This document shows positions 1-14,300 of a stretch of 64,000 nt of DNA, piece by piece. The translations under genes and the position numbers were made by a program. The stretch is from Azolla caroliniana (Eukaryota > Plantae > Polypodiophyta). The notes below the pieces were generated by a model, which ran no database searches, had not been told where the DNA came from, and saw only the letters and a list, made by a program, of their open reading frames with translations. The DNA is taken from the NCBI GenBank assembly GCA_043228905.1, contig JBHGNT010000013.1:15190001-15254000 (forward strand), written 5' to 3'. Every line of letters begins with the position of its first letter. Position 1 is the stretch's first letter.

Positions 1-371
1 AAAAGCCTATTGCACTCGAATAATGTAGAACGTAGATCCCCAATATATGTACACTCTACCCTGACAATCAACAACACCAGATTACTGTTTCACCCAAAAC
101 AAAGATTCAAAAAGCTAGTTTATGCAATCATAAAACTAGAACCATAATAACAATACACAAGTGTTATTGGACAACACAAAAATAATATGATTAGAAGCAA
201 CAATGATATTTAATCGAATTATTTTCCTTAAAACCATAATATTTTCAGCTTGACATTGCTTTCTTTATCATCTTGAGTTGTCTGGTGGGAATGGGAAAAA
301 CATTGCAGATGTCCATTGCACCTTTTAACTTCCCTTCTGATTTTTTTCTGAGACCATTAGGCATTTTCTTG

Positions 372-2965
372 TTACTGGGCCCCCTGTCAGGGAAAACAAA
401 CGTAAACATTTTAGTTCAAACATTGAATAGAAGAAGAAAAACATGTAGCCTTGCAGAAGTAATCAGAGTGTGTAAGCAATCAAATACCAGTTTATTTGTA
501 TTTGAAGGTTTTGTAATTTTCTTTCTGCAGGAGAGTGGATTTGGTCCCTGCACCAAATAGAAGGAAGCTGGGAATTAATATGCATTGTTATTAAATAGAT
601 ATGTGTGCATCACATACAGTATACCAATTGTAGGATATTGGTCATTACAGAAGGAAAAAATATAAAACACTAGCTGAGCATTACATCCACATTTTAAACT
701 TGCAACTAGAAAGTAGCAGTTGCACTTGTAAGTTACTCCGATAGAAAATCATAACATGTTCTTGGGAACATAAATATTTAACATAACTCCACTAATGTTT
801 CCCTATCTTCAGTGGTTTGAACATATGTATATAATTTCAGTAATTTCGCTCCATGTGAATAGGTTCAGTGCATATGCAAGAATATGTTTCCAATGATCAA
901 TATCTTTTTGATGTACACGAAGAACAAGAAATTGCATACCTTTGCTCGTTTTCTCTTAAATTGAGGTCGATCTGCCTCCGTGTAACTCCTCTTTTTGTGA
1001 GCAGCTTTCATCTCTCTCTCTGAATCATTATTACTCTTGCTGATTAAATGGGGGTTTTGTTCCATGTCCATACCCTCTCCTACAGAAACAGCTTGTGCTG
1101 CCAATAATGCAGCCTCCTTCTTCATTTCACGTGCCTTTATGATCTTAAACTCCTTACTACTCGCACGTGATCTCTCAGCTTCACTAGCACGCGCAACAGC
1201 CTGTTGCTTCTCTGATGGGGGCTCTAAGACCAAGAAATTATTTTGTGCAAAGATGATGGGGACTGCTGGAACCTTTTGAAAGAAAACAAATCAATGGTTC
1301 AAGTTTCATTATTTGACAAAAAAGATATTTCATGCGAACATAATCAGAATCCTACTTGAAGATTTAAAGATTCAAACCATGGCTGTTTATTTAAATAATT
1401 AGAAGCACTCATGTTAACTTGCCTGCCGTAGCTTAATTCGAAGATCTGCATCCTGTGTTGAGACCCAAAAATGTTCGGGATTGCCATTTCCAATGAGACT
1501 CTGCAAACAGTCGGATGCAGACATTAGAGGTTCATGGTCACACCTGGATTATTAGGACAACCGCATCATCAATACTACGTATACAGTAATTTATTTTGAT
1601 ATATATAAATATATGAGATCACGCACTTGGCAGCGTCAAGTTTTCGGGCAAGAGAAAGAGTTTCGGAAAAGTCCTTTCCCAACTTCTTTAGTTCTGCAAT
1701 CACACATCTGCAAGAAAGATTCTACCATGAGGATGCAAAGAAGGTGAAGTTAATATGTAGGATTTATAACCCGGAAAACATCCAGGTAGGGATCATATTC
1801 TCTTCCATATGTAGACACTTGAAACATAAAAAAGGCTGAACTAAACATGAATAGTAACTTATGAGAGCTACGTAACGAATCTGTATAATAAATTCTGTTC
1901 TAAACATACATCCATAGTACCTATTTCTTTTTACTCCAAACGTTGTTGTTAATAAAAAGTACAATGTGAAAATACTCATAATGAAAGTTGTCTCTCTTAA
2001 AAATATAAGTACAATGTGTGATAACCAACTCCCTTAGAAAATCTAATAGAATGACAAAAACACAAAGCATACCCTGAATAACAACAAAGAAAACAGCATA
2101 ACTTGTACAGAAGCTCTTATTTGTTAAGAAGTTGGCCAAAAATTTCTTCCAAAGTAGTTGTACAGCCACGACTACAAATTTTAAAAATGCACTTGGTAAC
2201 AAAAGGGTTCAAATACAATGCATTGTAAACATGAACGTTGTGCAACTAGTGAGGCTGCTCTTTTTGGGCAGTAGTTAGTGCTAATTACATAGCTAAGCAT
2301 GGATAGTCATTGATAAAACCAACACTCTCCCAATAAAAGAAGATGAAAGAAACGCAAAGATATCAACTCAAGGTTACAAAGAGAGTTAAAATGATATTAA
2401 TTGAAAACAGAACATCATTCTACACCATAGGAAGGTGCATTGGAGAGCCCTTCCAAAGATTTTGATAATGGAACAAGGTGCCAGGCAAAAAAAAGGGATC
2501 CTAATAAACCCAAAAGGCAGAAAGAATGGCTACAAATTTAAAAAATGCATTGTAAACATGAACGTTGTGCAATTAGAGAGGCTGCTCTTTTTGGGCAGTA
2601 GTTAGTGCTCTAATTACGTAGCTAAACATGGACTAAAAGAAAAAAGACCTACATTTGGGGTTAAGAAATGGCGAGGAGAGAAAAGAGGCTCCAGCCATGC
2701 TGCAAAGACACTCAGTAAATAACGAAATACACCGACACAGACACACACATATGTATACGTATATCTAACGCAACCTGGTGGTGAAGGGCCTTGCAGGTGC
2801 GAAGAGGAGGCGGGAGAGCTGCTCAGCTGGGGGGCCCGTCTTGTGGGCGAGGAGGTAGTGGAGAAAGGTGCCATCGCAGAGCACCTTGAATGGCTCCCTG
2901 AAGCCACAGCACGTCTTGTAGAATCGCGCGGTTCTCCTGTTGATCTTCTGCCTCTTCACCCTCAT
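372..2965 (-). CDS. UTP23: rRNA-processing protein UTP23 homolog (PIN/Fcf1-like domain), ~6 exons
   Basis: Hand-spliced exons 2965-2775, 1707-1627, 1543-1423, 1272-940, 547-488 and a short, uncertain last exon (~383-372). Translation MRVKRQK..FYKTCCGFREPFKVLCDGTF..TTRCVIAELKKLG..KCDH..GNPEHFWVSTQDADLR..VPAVPII..LEPPS..FKRKRAKGPNPLSCRKK matches UTP23 hallmarks. Intron 3 has a GC donor. Confidence 0.92.
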
Positions 2966-3025
2966 GGTGCTTTTCTTCTTCTCTGCTCTCTGCTCTACTT
3001 CGATCTCTCTGTTCTATGATCTATC

Positions 3026-3060
3026 TACATACATACATACATACATACATACATACATAC
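3026..3060. repeat. (TACA)n microsatellite upstream of UTP23
   Basis: tacatacatacataca... directly visible. Confidence 0.9.
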
Positions 3061-3202
3061 TCTGTTCTGCGTGTGCCTTTTGCGGTTTTGTTTTTTATCA
3101 CAATAAATCGTAATAAGGAAAGTGTTTTGTATTTTGAAAACTTGGTAGAGTGGGATCATTTTTGTCAAAATCCTAGAAGAGAGTCGATTTATTTGGATTG
3201 AT

Positions 3203-3211
3203 TTAGGGTTT
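3203..3211 (-). promoter_or_regulatory. telo-box AAACCCTAA upstream of UTP23
   Basis: ttagggttt on + strand, ~240 bp upstream of the ATG; telo-boxes are typical of plant ribosome-biogenesis gene promoters. Confidence 0.5.
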
Positions 3212-5328
3212 AGCATTCCGAATGTCAAGCCTTGAGTCTTTGTTTTGGGTTACACGGCTTCATGATGCATTCAAGCCCTTAACAATTGTGTGTTGGTGGC
3301 GGTAGGAAGCAATCGGTTTGTAAATAAAAGAGAGGGAGAGGGTCTCTATGATACAATGGCTTCTAAAGTGTTGGGAACCACTCGCGATTCCCTTCTCGGA
3401 TGGGTAATTGCATCGCATGATCCTAACTTGCAGGGATTGTGACAAGGAGGGTTTGAACACCACAAATAAGACTATATTCGGACTCGACACGTACATATTG
3501 AAGGTGGTGTTGCTTGGAATATAACATTATCTGTTAATCCAATTAGCCAATCAATTCAACCTTAAAGAGCATCCATGCTCACATAATCACAACATCTTAT
3601 TTGAACACAACAAATAAGACTTTATTCAGACTTGAATGTATGTATTGAGGTTGGTGTTGCTTGGAACAACATTATTTGTTACCCTAGTTAACCAATCAAT
3701 CCGGCCTCAACGAGAATAGATGCTCACAATAAGCACGAGTACTAACCAATTTATGTAATTGATCAACAATAGAACACAGATGGATGGTTGTGCACCTAGT
3801 CAAAAGTTGGGAAGCAATTTATAGCTACTTAAGTGTGGTCAATCCTTTCATGAGAATGAGGCACAAAGAATGATTGTCAATGTTATCAAATGTTGGATTG
3901 TTATGCACCTCAACTAGTTGGTTGTCCAAATTAAATATTAGTTATGGCTATGGCTTAATGTAATGTGGAAGTGGGTAATTGCAACAACTCACGTGGTTCA
4001 AAACCCTTAAATACATGGGATGAACACCAAAATTTTCACTAATAATACTACAAATAAAACACAAGGGAATTCTATTTGGCAACAAATTTGAGTTCACAAG
4101 AGAAATTTTCTTTCAACTCTTTCTTTGATTCCTAGAGTCTCTCATCATAATGCAAGATAGATTATTTTCAAGCTCTTAGAAATGGCCACCATCTAACACA
4201 TTGGAAGGTTTCACAACACCTTATTATGAAATATGAAGCTACATCTACAACACTAACTGATATTTACTACACCATTTAATTGGTTAGGAACAAGCCACCC
4301 AAAAGTATTCTACTACTCTACCAATCTTATACCAACAAAAACCTCATGAAGGTGGTGTACTTCAATTATATCTACCTTGATTATGGCCAAAAACTCTCAT
4401 GCAATGGAGCCATACAAATATCCATTCCATCATGTTCACAAAATTTCAAAGCACTGACAAATATATTTCATTCTAAGCTCTAGAATGAGGGTCAACTTTC
4501 AATTTTATAGGTCGTTTTTGTCAATTACTTTAACAAATTGTGTTAAGTTTTCTCTTAGAAGACAATAGTCCAAGCTGTCCAAACAAATCAAATAAACCTT
4601 TGTGTATGGTTTCTTTTGATGAATAGATTACAGTTCCAGCCCGTTCTAGGCTTATAGTTAAATACTTCTATTCATTATTCCAAAATGAGCTGTATACCCA
4701 CCTCAGAAAACATTCCATGCCAAGCATATTTTCATGGTAGCATGTTATTAAATTATGATCTTCAAGAAGAATGTTTTAACTAGGTATGAGGATCAACGAA
4801 TAATTGGGACATTGCGAAATACTTGGGTACAGGGTTTAGACAGCAGCAATGGTGATGGCCCTACAATCAAACCACATTACATTCATAGTCACATACCTTA
4901 TGATATGTACATATTGAGAAAAAATCCCAATATTACTTAGGACGACATGCTATGATATCAACAAATTCCAACAAATAATCAGCATTGGTAAGTTGTGTAC
5001 TTGGAACAAACACGGTTTCTGAACCCCGATGTGTACTATCTTGGCACCTTGCATACTCGTGACAAGCACATTCCAAATCTCCTTAAAAGTATCTACAAAA
5101 CTCTACATAGGCATTTCATCTGACTGGGTAAATTATTTTGCACCATTGGTTTCGAGATGCTAAACCAATCTGTCTGCTATCAACTGTCAGTAATGCTGAT
5201 TGGATATTCTTCCAATCTGACATTATGTACTCGGATGGCACCATCACAATTAAAAATGATATATACAAAATTATCTAGCAACTAATTCCCCAGTGCTTGC
5301 ATGCATGACCTTAATAGAAAGGCAATCA

Positions 5329-8300
5329 TTAATTCCCTTGTGTAGCTTTTACTCGTGTTCTGTTTACAGAAGATAAAGATGGACTCATTTGAGATGGACA
5401 AATGGGACAACCAGCAGCATGAGCATCCCATCTCAGTTTCACCATGCCTATCTCTGGAAAAATGCAACTAGAATGAGCTGCATGTCCACACAAAAATATT
5501 AGGACAGATTTCAATCCGTTCGTTGCCATTGAATTTCTTAAACTTTTGGTATCTGCGACTCTCTCATTCTTTGACTTCGATCTCATATATCTTCCAGAAT
5601 CACTCTCATCAAGTCTATTTTTACAAACACAACACATGCTGCTGTTGGGAGCATATCCACGCGTAGCATTTCTCTTATATACACTGATGTTGCGAAACAT
5701 ATCATCGTCAACCACATGCTTTGCAGTAACCTGGAAACAGAAACAATAGGATTTGAGACAGCCAAATCCTGAACCATTCATGAACAATAGAAAGTAAAAC
5801 AACTACCAATATCATCTGCTCATATCCGTATAGTCCAAGCATTTGCAAAATAGTTCCCTTAAAATCTCCAAACTCATGCTTGCCATTATCTGATAAGAGC
5901 TTGTCCATAATGACTGAAAGTGGAATGTACCCCATCATTCCATTTACAATCTCTCCGATCAGGTATACAAGTAGCCTTTGCATCAAGTCCACAGCCTTCC
6001 GACCAATCATAACGACTTTCCACTTGTAGATACCATCATTTTCACTCAATTCGTTTTTTTGTATGTCAATACCAGCAATCTGTTTAGCTCTCTTTCTTCT
6101 TAGTTCTCTTCTAGCAGTATGGAGTCTCTGCAGTGGTACAATAAACCTACCACAAAAACTACATAAGCCACGATCATCTACAAAAGTGCTCTACATCCTT
6201 GGGCATAACATTACCTGTCTAATAAGCGGAACCACAATGCTTCAGACTCTCCAGGGTACATCCGCCAAGTGTTCCGTTGACACAGTTCAATTGCATCTTT
6301 CATGATGGAATATGTTACCCCAACCTGATGCACGCAAACACCAAGAAACATGATATATGCAGTCTATGATGAGAGGATAAAGAGCAATTTTAGAGCAGGT
6401 CGATACCTCAGGGATGGTTAGATATTGCTCTATCTTATCAATTTCTAGAAGGTCTACATTCATATTCTGTACGAATAATCGTGCAACTGACAAATCCATT
6501 TCATGAATGTGAAGGTCGACACTATTAAGCGCAAGTGATAATGCACTTCCAACATCACCCACACGTTCAAACAGGTATGCAGCTGCATCTGTGATACCAT
6601 GTTCTTGACAAAGTTTTAAGCAATGCTCTAGTCTATAATCTTCAAAGCTTTTGAGAAAGGTAAGTACAGAGTCAGGCTCAAATTTGCATAGCAGCTGGGA
6701 GAAAGAAACACATGTACAAAAATAAATTATGCACATATTTTACACCAATAGAGCTGCTGAAGTTTGCAAGAAGCAGAAATACCTCAACATATTGTTCCTC
6801 TGTTTCATTGCTGAATTCTAACCCAGCATTTTTAACCAAATCTGACAAGTCTTCAATTACAAGTACTCCAGAGTTTGTATTATCTAACAAATGAAGATTA
6901 GTGGTCGTCTGCTCAACTGAAGGCAGGCTTGCACCTTTGCTTGGTTTAATACCTGATCGTGCGTTCATGATTTGTTTCAAATATTGGAAAAGAAGAGGAG
7001 GATATGGTTTAAGGTCTAAGATTATCTGTGTATGCTCCTTGCTAAAATGTTTCAGCATTATCACAAGTGTCGCCTCACTACAATGTTTGTAAAAGAGAAA
7101 GAGCAAGTGAATAACCTAGTTGATCTCTTGCATGACTGAAATAAAAGGATTACAAGAAATGATTCCTTCAACAAAAAAAACTCAGCAGAATAGAAGTAGA
7201 ATAGAAGTATTTGAATACATATTGACAAAAACTTATGAAGATAATGTAGTTACAATGTATGATTAGTTGATTAGTTACATCAGAGTTCAATTTACTGAAT
7301 GTTTTTCACGTTTTTTGCCTAAAATGAAGAGACTAACTTAAATCTCTGGTAATATTCATAAAAACATAGAACAAAAAGGGGGTTTGTGTAATAGAAATAT
7401 TTTGTCAGCAAGATGTTTTGGATAGTTGCTTCCTAAAGTGACCAGCATAGTAACTAAGATAGAGATAAAAATACTCCTACAAATCTATTATGAGTATCTG
7501 AAGGCCATACCTGCTCAGTTGAAGAAGTTGAGGCAAACGAGCAAGTGTGGACTTTCTGAACTCTATTAAAATATCTTCAGGAATACCCTTTTCTACACTT
7601 AATATATCCAGGATATACTGAAACGCATTTTCTGGTTTCTCTTTATCTTTCATGTAGCTGTCTAAAGCTGCAACATAATCGCCCTTTTTTGCGAGCAAGC
7701 AAGCACTTGCCTAAAACAAATTGAAAAGGTGATTATGATGTCTTAATTTGTTGTTGCCTTCCATTCTTGTAAAATTAAAACTTATCATGTACCTGCCAAA
7801 AGTGTGCCCGTAATGTGAGTTCAAGAATATGTGTAGGATCCCATTCAGAATCTGGTACACCCTGTAGCAATTTGACAAGCAAACTTTCCTTTCTTCTTGC
7901 AGCTTCAGACTTTCTTGCTTTTCTATCATCACTACCTAAATAATCCAGTATACGAGACAAAACTAGTCTAGGTATTTTGGCATAGCTTGATGCCACATGC
8001 TGACCAATAAATTCCATTATGATACCCGCATCAACATTTGACATGCATGAATGCCATGCGTCTACATCTGTATTGTGCTTATTTGCATCAGGACCATGCA
8101 AATGGATTCTCTCAAGTATATCTATCAATGCATCAATTAGGTCTTGGAGAAGTTTTAGCCCATCTACTGTATCACCCATCTCTTCTTCTGCTGAAAAGCC
8201 TACTGCACCACTTTTGTTTAGCTGCTCCTTACTCAGGCCCAGAGGTCCATCTTCTGGAAAAGCACATTGCAACACTTCAAGTGTTGCAGTTAAATCGAAA

Positions 8301-11300
8301 GAAAGTAGGTAGCTCAACCGTGGATGAATAATAAAGTCAATTTCACTGGACTTCTGAGACACAACCGTTGAAGCTATTTTATCCTCTAGTAAGCACTGAA
8401 TTAACTCACTCCGCAACCTTGGTAGGCGTGAAATGGAAATGATTCCATCACCATGACCTGGTAAAAGAAAACGATATCATAAAATCCTCAAGTCTTATCC
8501 TATTTCTATTTACTTTTTTACTTAGTTACATTTATTTTGGTTTGTTGTTCTCAAAGACAATTCAACATTTTAAGATGTAATCTCTTGTTTGGTCTTATCC
8601 TATTTCTATTTACTTTTTTACTTAGTTACATTTATTTTGGTTTGTTGTTCTCAAAGACAATTCAACATTTTAAGATGTAATCTCTTGTTTGGTCTTATAG
8701 GCCATTCTGGCCTCTTAAAAGACATTAATGTGTTAACAAGGCAAATAACTGGAAAGATTTAGAGAAACCTTGGTCTCAATGATTGCCTGCTTGATAAGGA
8801 GCACAGCATAGGTGCACCATGAAAAATCTGGGCAGACATGAGTGCAGCCCTAATTATTTTCGAGGCATTATTTCGATCAGCGACCAGTATCCAACAGGTT
8901 CCTTACAGGAAGGTACTCAAGGTTGGCATTTATGTCATCAAAACCACTAGCTGAACATGGAGATATTTATTGTTGTTATTCTGAAACCCAACAATGGTTC
9001 CAATCACATGATATAAACATAAATGCACTACCCCACTCCAATCGGCTATTTTGGCCTCTTAAAAGAAGTTAATATATCTTTCTTTCATTCTCTCTTAATA
9101 TTTACTTTTCTGAAGAAAATCTATACGAACGATAATAAAATCTCCAATTTGGCCTTGTGGATATAGCCTCACAGATGACCATATCCTGATGATATTGTGC
9201 TGATATCCGACTCTCCAAGGGACTAAAAAGACTTTTAAATGCCATTGAATCATTTGTATGGACAAAGGTTTGTCGTAAACCTAGGTAAACCTGAAGTGAT
9301 GGTGTTTAACAACATTCACAATGGGTAATGAGATCAGAACCAGAATGCTTCTTGGGAGAGGAAAAGGTGGCATACACACGATACTATAAACTTGCCATTC
9401 AGCCTTGATTTTAATAGAAAAGGCTGTCCTTGATGCTCTTGAAAGACAATGTGTACATATAAAATTCCAAGAACAACAAACTAAATTGTGGCTATTTGAT
9501 ATGCTTGTCACGCTGACTCTACAATGTTGAATCCAGGGGACCGAGTCTTCACAAGGCAAACAATTGTAAAGATTTGGAGAGATATCTAGTCTCAATGTTT
9601 ACCCACACAATAAGGAGTAAAGCAGGTGCCCATGACATAATTTGTGCAGAGATGGGAACAACCCTAATAATCACCAAGGCACTATTCTGATCAGCCACCA
9701 GTATCCAACAGCTTTGGGAATGAAGGTACTCAAGGTTGGTATGATGAACTGCAACAATGTTAGAGTCACATGGCATAAGCAAAAGGTACTACCCCCATAG
9801 CAATATAGTTTGGATTGTCCCCATCTAAATAGACCAAAACAGAAGAGAATAGAGTAATCCAAACAGATATTACCAAATTAGATAACAGAAGAACATGAAT
9901 CAGCCCAACACCTCTTGGAAAATGATCCATTATGAGGCACACTTTTCACAGATATCGGAAGATGGATTCACCTTCAAGCCCTCTTATTTGGACATGCATC
10001 TACCTCATGCATGCAATGCGGTAGGGCAGTTGCAGACCTCTTAACATCAGTTCGTGATAGAGGTAGGCAGATATGCACAGACATTTCTGGGAAGAAATAA
10101 TTTGCCCATTGTGTCACCGGAGAGTGGAACCTAAAGAACACTTGCTATGTTTGCCATTATATTGTTTTAATGAGATAAGGTATAGATACATTGCCTCTTT
10201 AACGAAGGCTTTGGCCCAATACATACAGTAATGGAATACAAGAACCAATGGCACTTGGGGCTGTTTTCACCAAAACTCAAGAGACACAGAGAACTTGAAG
10301 GACAAGAATATAACCACACAAGCTCATCAACAAAGAACGATCACAACTTTCTTTGGTCACATCAATCCCACTAATGATAAATGCCAATCAATGGTTATAC
10401 AAGTGGGCTCCAAGTAGGATATTGGTAAGGGATTACAATGGATTGGCGAGAGCGATTTGTCATGCATGTAGGTCTCGTGAACCATGATTTCACCACCCTT
10501 ATCATCAACAGATAAAGGCCATTATCTATTGCCATCACAGGTGCTTCACTCAATTCAGAGATCTCCCAATTTTCGATTGACCTGAACTATATGTCTTTCA
10601 AAGTAAAAAATTACAATCTCTCTGACTTGAGAACGGGATAACAGGATACATTAGTCTGTCATTACATGTATAAATAATGGGATACTTCAATGCACACACT
10701 AACGAAGACCAAACAACTTCCTTTGACCAAGCAAGTCCAAGTATGAAAAATTCATAGCAAAAGTTGGCCTAGAATGACAAGCTCAAAATTTGAGTAAAGT
10801 AACAGAATACGACAAATGTTTCCTGTACCTCGGTAGATCAATAGATTCGTGATATCACTGGTTTGTCACAATAAGGTTAAATGCTTTGATGTATTGGAAT
10901 TCCAAGGAAGGTGCAACTAGGTGTACCAGTTGCTCCTGGGAAAAGAAATTAACAGAGCATGGAAAATGTTTAATGAGAGGAAACCTAGCACACAACTGAC
11001 CTCACATCAGGCTTGGCATGAATATGGAAGGTATGACATTCCCCACGCCAAACCACATGGCTCGCGGCCACTTGAATTCACTTTTTTTACTCCACTAAAG
11101 GTGAGAACTCCCATTGATGGGTTGAAAGCCCAAAATCATCATGGATTGGCTGGTGAGCATTTTATCTATGCCTGTGACCCCTTGCTCTTGCATCCTGCAC
11201 AGATCTTTAATAGAACTGTGTAAAGGCTGCCCTAGTAGCTGGCATTGTACCTATATACAAGAGCAGAGATCCTATGATACCTAGCAGTTATAGGACTATT

Positions 11301-14300
11301 ATGACTGCCCATTACTTGGCTAACAGTATAGTTCAATCTTAGAGTCCGAATTGAGTGTATGGGCAGAGAGAAATGCCTGCTGTTCAGCTGGATAGGCAGA
11401 TTTCCGAAAGAGGTTTACGACTTTGAATCACATTTTGAGTCTCCTAGCCCTTATTGAGGAGGGAAGAAACCACAAACGAGAATCTATTCTTGCATTGTGG
11501 ATTTCCACAAAGCTATTTAACACTGTACTGCATGCTCAGCTCATCTGTGACTAGAAGCCCCTGGAGTCGCAGTAGATATGCAATGATGAATCCATGCACT
11601 ATACGAATCAACGTCAAGAAACATGTCCACACTCATCGTGGGTTGCCAGAGGTTGTGACAGCATGATCGGAGTAAAACAACCATGCCTAATATCACTCAC
11701 TCTCTTCTCTCTTTATGTAAATGAGATACCTAATTACATATAGAGACATTGTTATTCAGGAGCATGCTTGGATTATCCACACCGGAACATGACTAAAGTG
11801 GAAAAGAATAGAGTGATCAGGTCGATATCATTAACATGGATAACGAAAACACAAGTATCAGTCAACCACATCTCTTAGTGAAAGATGGCCAACGTTTAGC
11901 TATACTTCATCAATCTTCCATGTCCTTTTTTAATAGGATATTTATGACTGGCTGAAAACTGGAAGCCATGGATGGTCATCAGTCTCACGAATTTGAGGGA
12001 TTGACAAAGAATAACGAAATTATTTCTAGCATCTAAAATATCTTAAGACTTCAATTTTGTGAAAGTCTTTGACTTTGTGGAAGTTTCTAGGTTCCTTAAT
12101 GAAAAACGTCAACATACCTGACACTATTGCTTGATACGTTCTCTCTGTTCAACTTCTATCAGGTAATCTAGTCATATCAGGCATGGTGTCTTATATCATG
12201 TCTTACATTGAATGTGTCTAGTATGGTAAAAATTCTCATGTGATTCCTTGTATTTGAAGCACTGTGATTGGATGCATGTAATAAATCTCAGTCATATGTA
12301 TTCGAGTTATTTAACATTTTCCTCATACATCGAGCACTGTCATACTCATACTAATCTACCTATACATTTTAATAGCCTAATTATACATACATATTGTACA
12401 CAAACAAAATAGTTATATCATACAAAATTGGATCAGATTTGACAGATACATCTTAGGAAATGTTATATAAAACCCAAGGGCGATTAGACAATATTGAAAT
12501 TTAAAATGGGAACTTACTATAAATATCATTGAAAAGATTTCTTACCTGGGGGAAATGCCAAACCCAAAAAACTGTATTTCAAATAAACAAGCATCTTATA
12601 CCTATAAATAGAAAATAGTAAACATTAATCCCAACATATTGTTGGCAAACCAAAGAAAAACTTGAATAGTTATTTTATGTTTGCCGTTGATTAATCACTC
12701 TTAAGAACTGTTATCCAGGATCAGTAAGAAATTGCGCGTCATTGATGCCCCAACAAGGATGAAGTGGGGAATTTATGTTCTGTATAAGTCAATAATGAGT
12801 CATGTACATGCTCCTAGCAGTTTGCTATACGCAATACATGCACCAATAAGTGTGGCAAGACTATCTGCTATCAACTCAAGTTTGAGGCTCTATATTGGTG
12901 GCATCTAAATGAGATAAGACAGATAAGGCAGAATAGAGGTAAGCCTTGGCTACATGCCCATGAGGTCAAGAAGGTTAAAAGGATATCCAGTGGGATACAT
13001 CATTTTTTACATTTTATCTCATGTTTACATTCAGAGTACCATATCTTTCTGAAGGAGACAATTCAAAAACCCAGACTGCCACAAAGTTTCAAGGGCTGCA
13101 TAAATAGTGACTCTCTGATACAACCAATACTACTGTATAGAGCACGGATATAAGGAACTATCTATTATTTACCACAGGAGGAAAGTCCCACTGGCTCCTG
13201 CAGAATAGCAGCAGCTAAGAATTGGCAACGGTTCAGTTTCGGCTTAACCCGTTTGGCCTTGTCCAAACCAAACTGGTTAAGCCTTAACTGGTTTGGGTGG
13301 TTTCAAACTTGAACCGAACTGTTACATAAACCAGTTTAGCCAAACCAATTAAGTCTTTATGGGTTTCGGAACCAGTTTGGCCAAACCAATTCAGTTCGGC
13401 TTGAGCCATCCCAAACTGAGCTCAAACCAGTTAAGGAAGCTCAAGCCTGAACTGAGCCGAACCGAACCAACAAACCAGTTCAGGCTTGAGCCAAGCCATT
13501 GCCAACACCTAGCACAGCCAAGATAATATTAAATTACTACATGGAGAATATGATGGTCATGACAATAAAACTGATTTCGTCTGTATGTTACCATGCAACT
13601 ACTCTAAAGAAATAGGGAAAAAGAAATCCCTACCCAAGAGCTTGACACCTAACAGCAGCCCAGGTAATATTAAATTCGTACATGGAGAATGATAAAAAAA
13701 CTGATTTAATCTGTATGTTACCATGCAACTACTCAAAAGAAATAGGGAAAAAGAAATCCCTACCCAAGAGATCGAGCATTAGGTTTAGTGTCATCTTGTG
13801 CAACAATCAAGAGTTCTTCTAGTGGTGATTTGAAATCATCAAGTCCTTTGTTAAATAAGTAAATTAGAGCACTATAGAGCTCATTCTCGCGGCATAACCT
13901 CACAATCTGCAAATGCAAATCAAATCGTATCATTCTTGCCAGTAACAGTATTCAATACGATTGTAAACTCTTACCTGATTGAAATCCAGTGATGCAATAT
14001 TCATGTGCAAAACACAGCGTTCCACTCGTTGTACCCATCCTTTCTGTCTATAATATTCAACAAGAGCTTGCATGACCTGTTGAATGGGCACAGTTGTAAA
14101 AGCATGAAAATATTGCATATTTACTAACCCTTGAAAGGGATTGTTTACTAACCTCTGGTGCAAGTGCCCCAAGCATATCCTTCAGGATGTAAGGCTCAAG
14201 CAACTCCAAAAAAGTACCTTTATGGAACAATAAGAAAGTAGGTTTAACTTCGTATAAACAGAAGACCTTCTCTAACTTTATTGGAGAGAGTAAGAGAAAC

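Noticed and set aside
3750-4500. Possible decayed DNA-transposon coding remnant (similar impression at 19900-20900, 47400-48300, 55000-57500)
   Set aside because: No motif or terminus identifiable by eye; needs a repeat-library search
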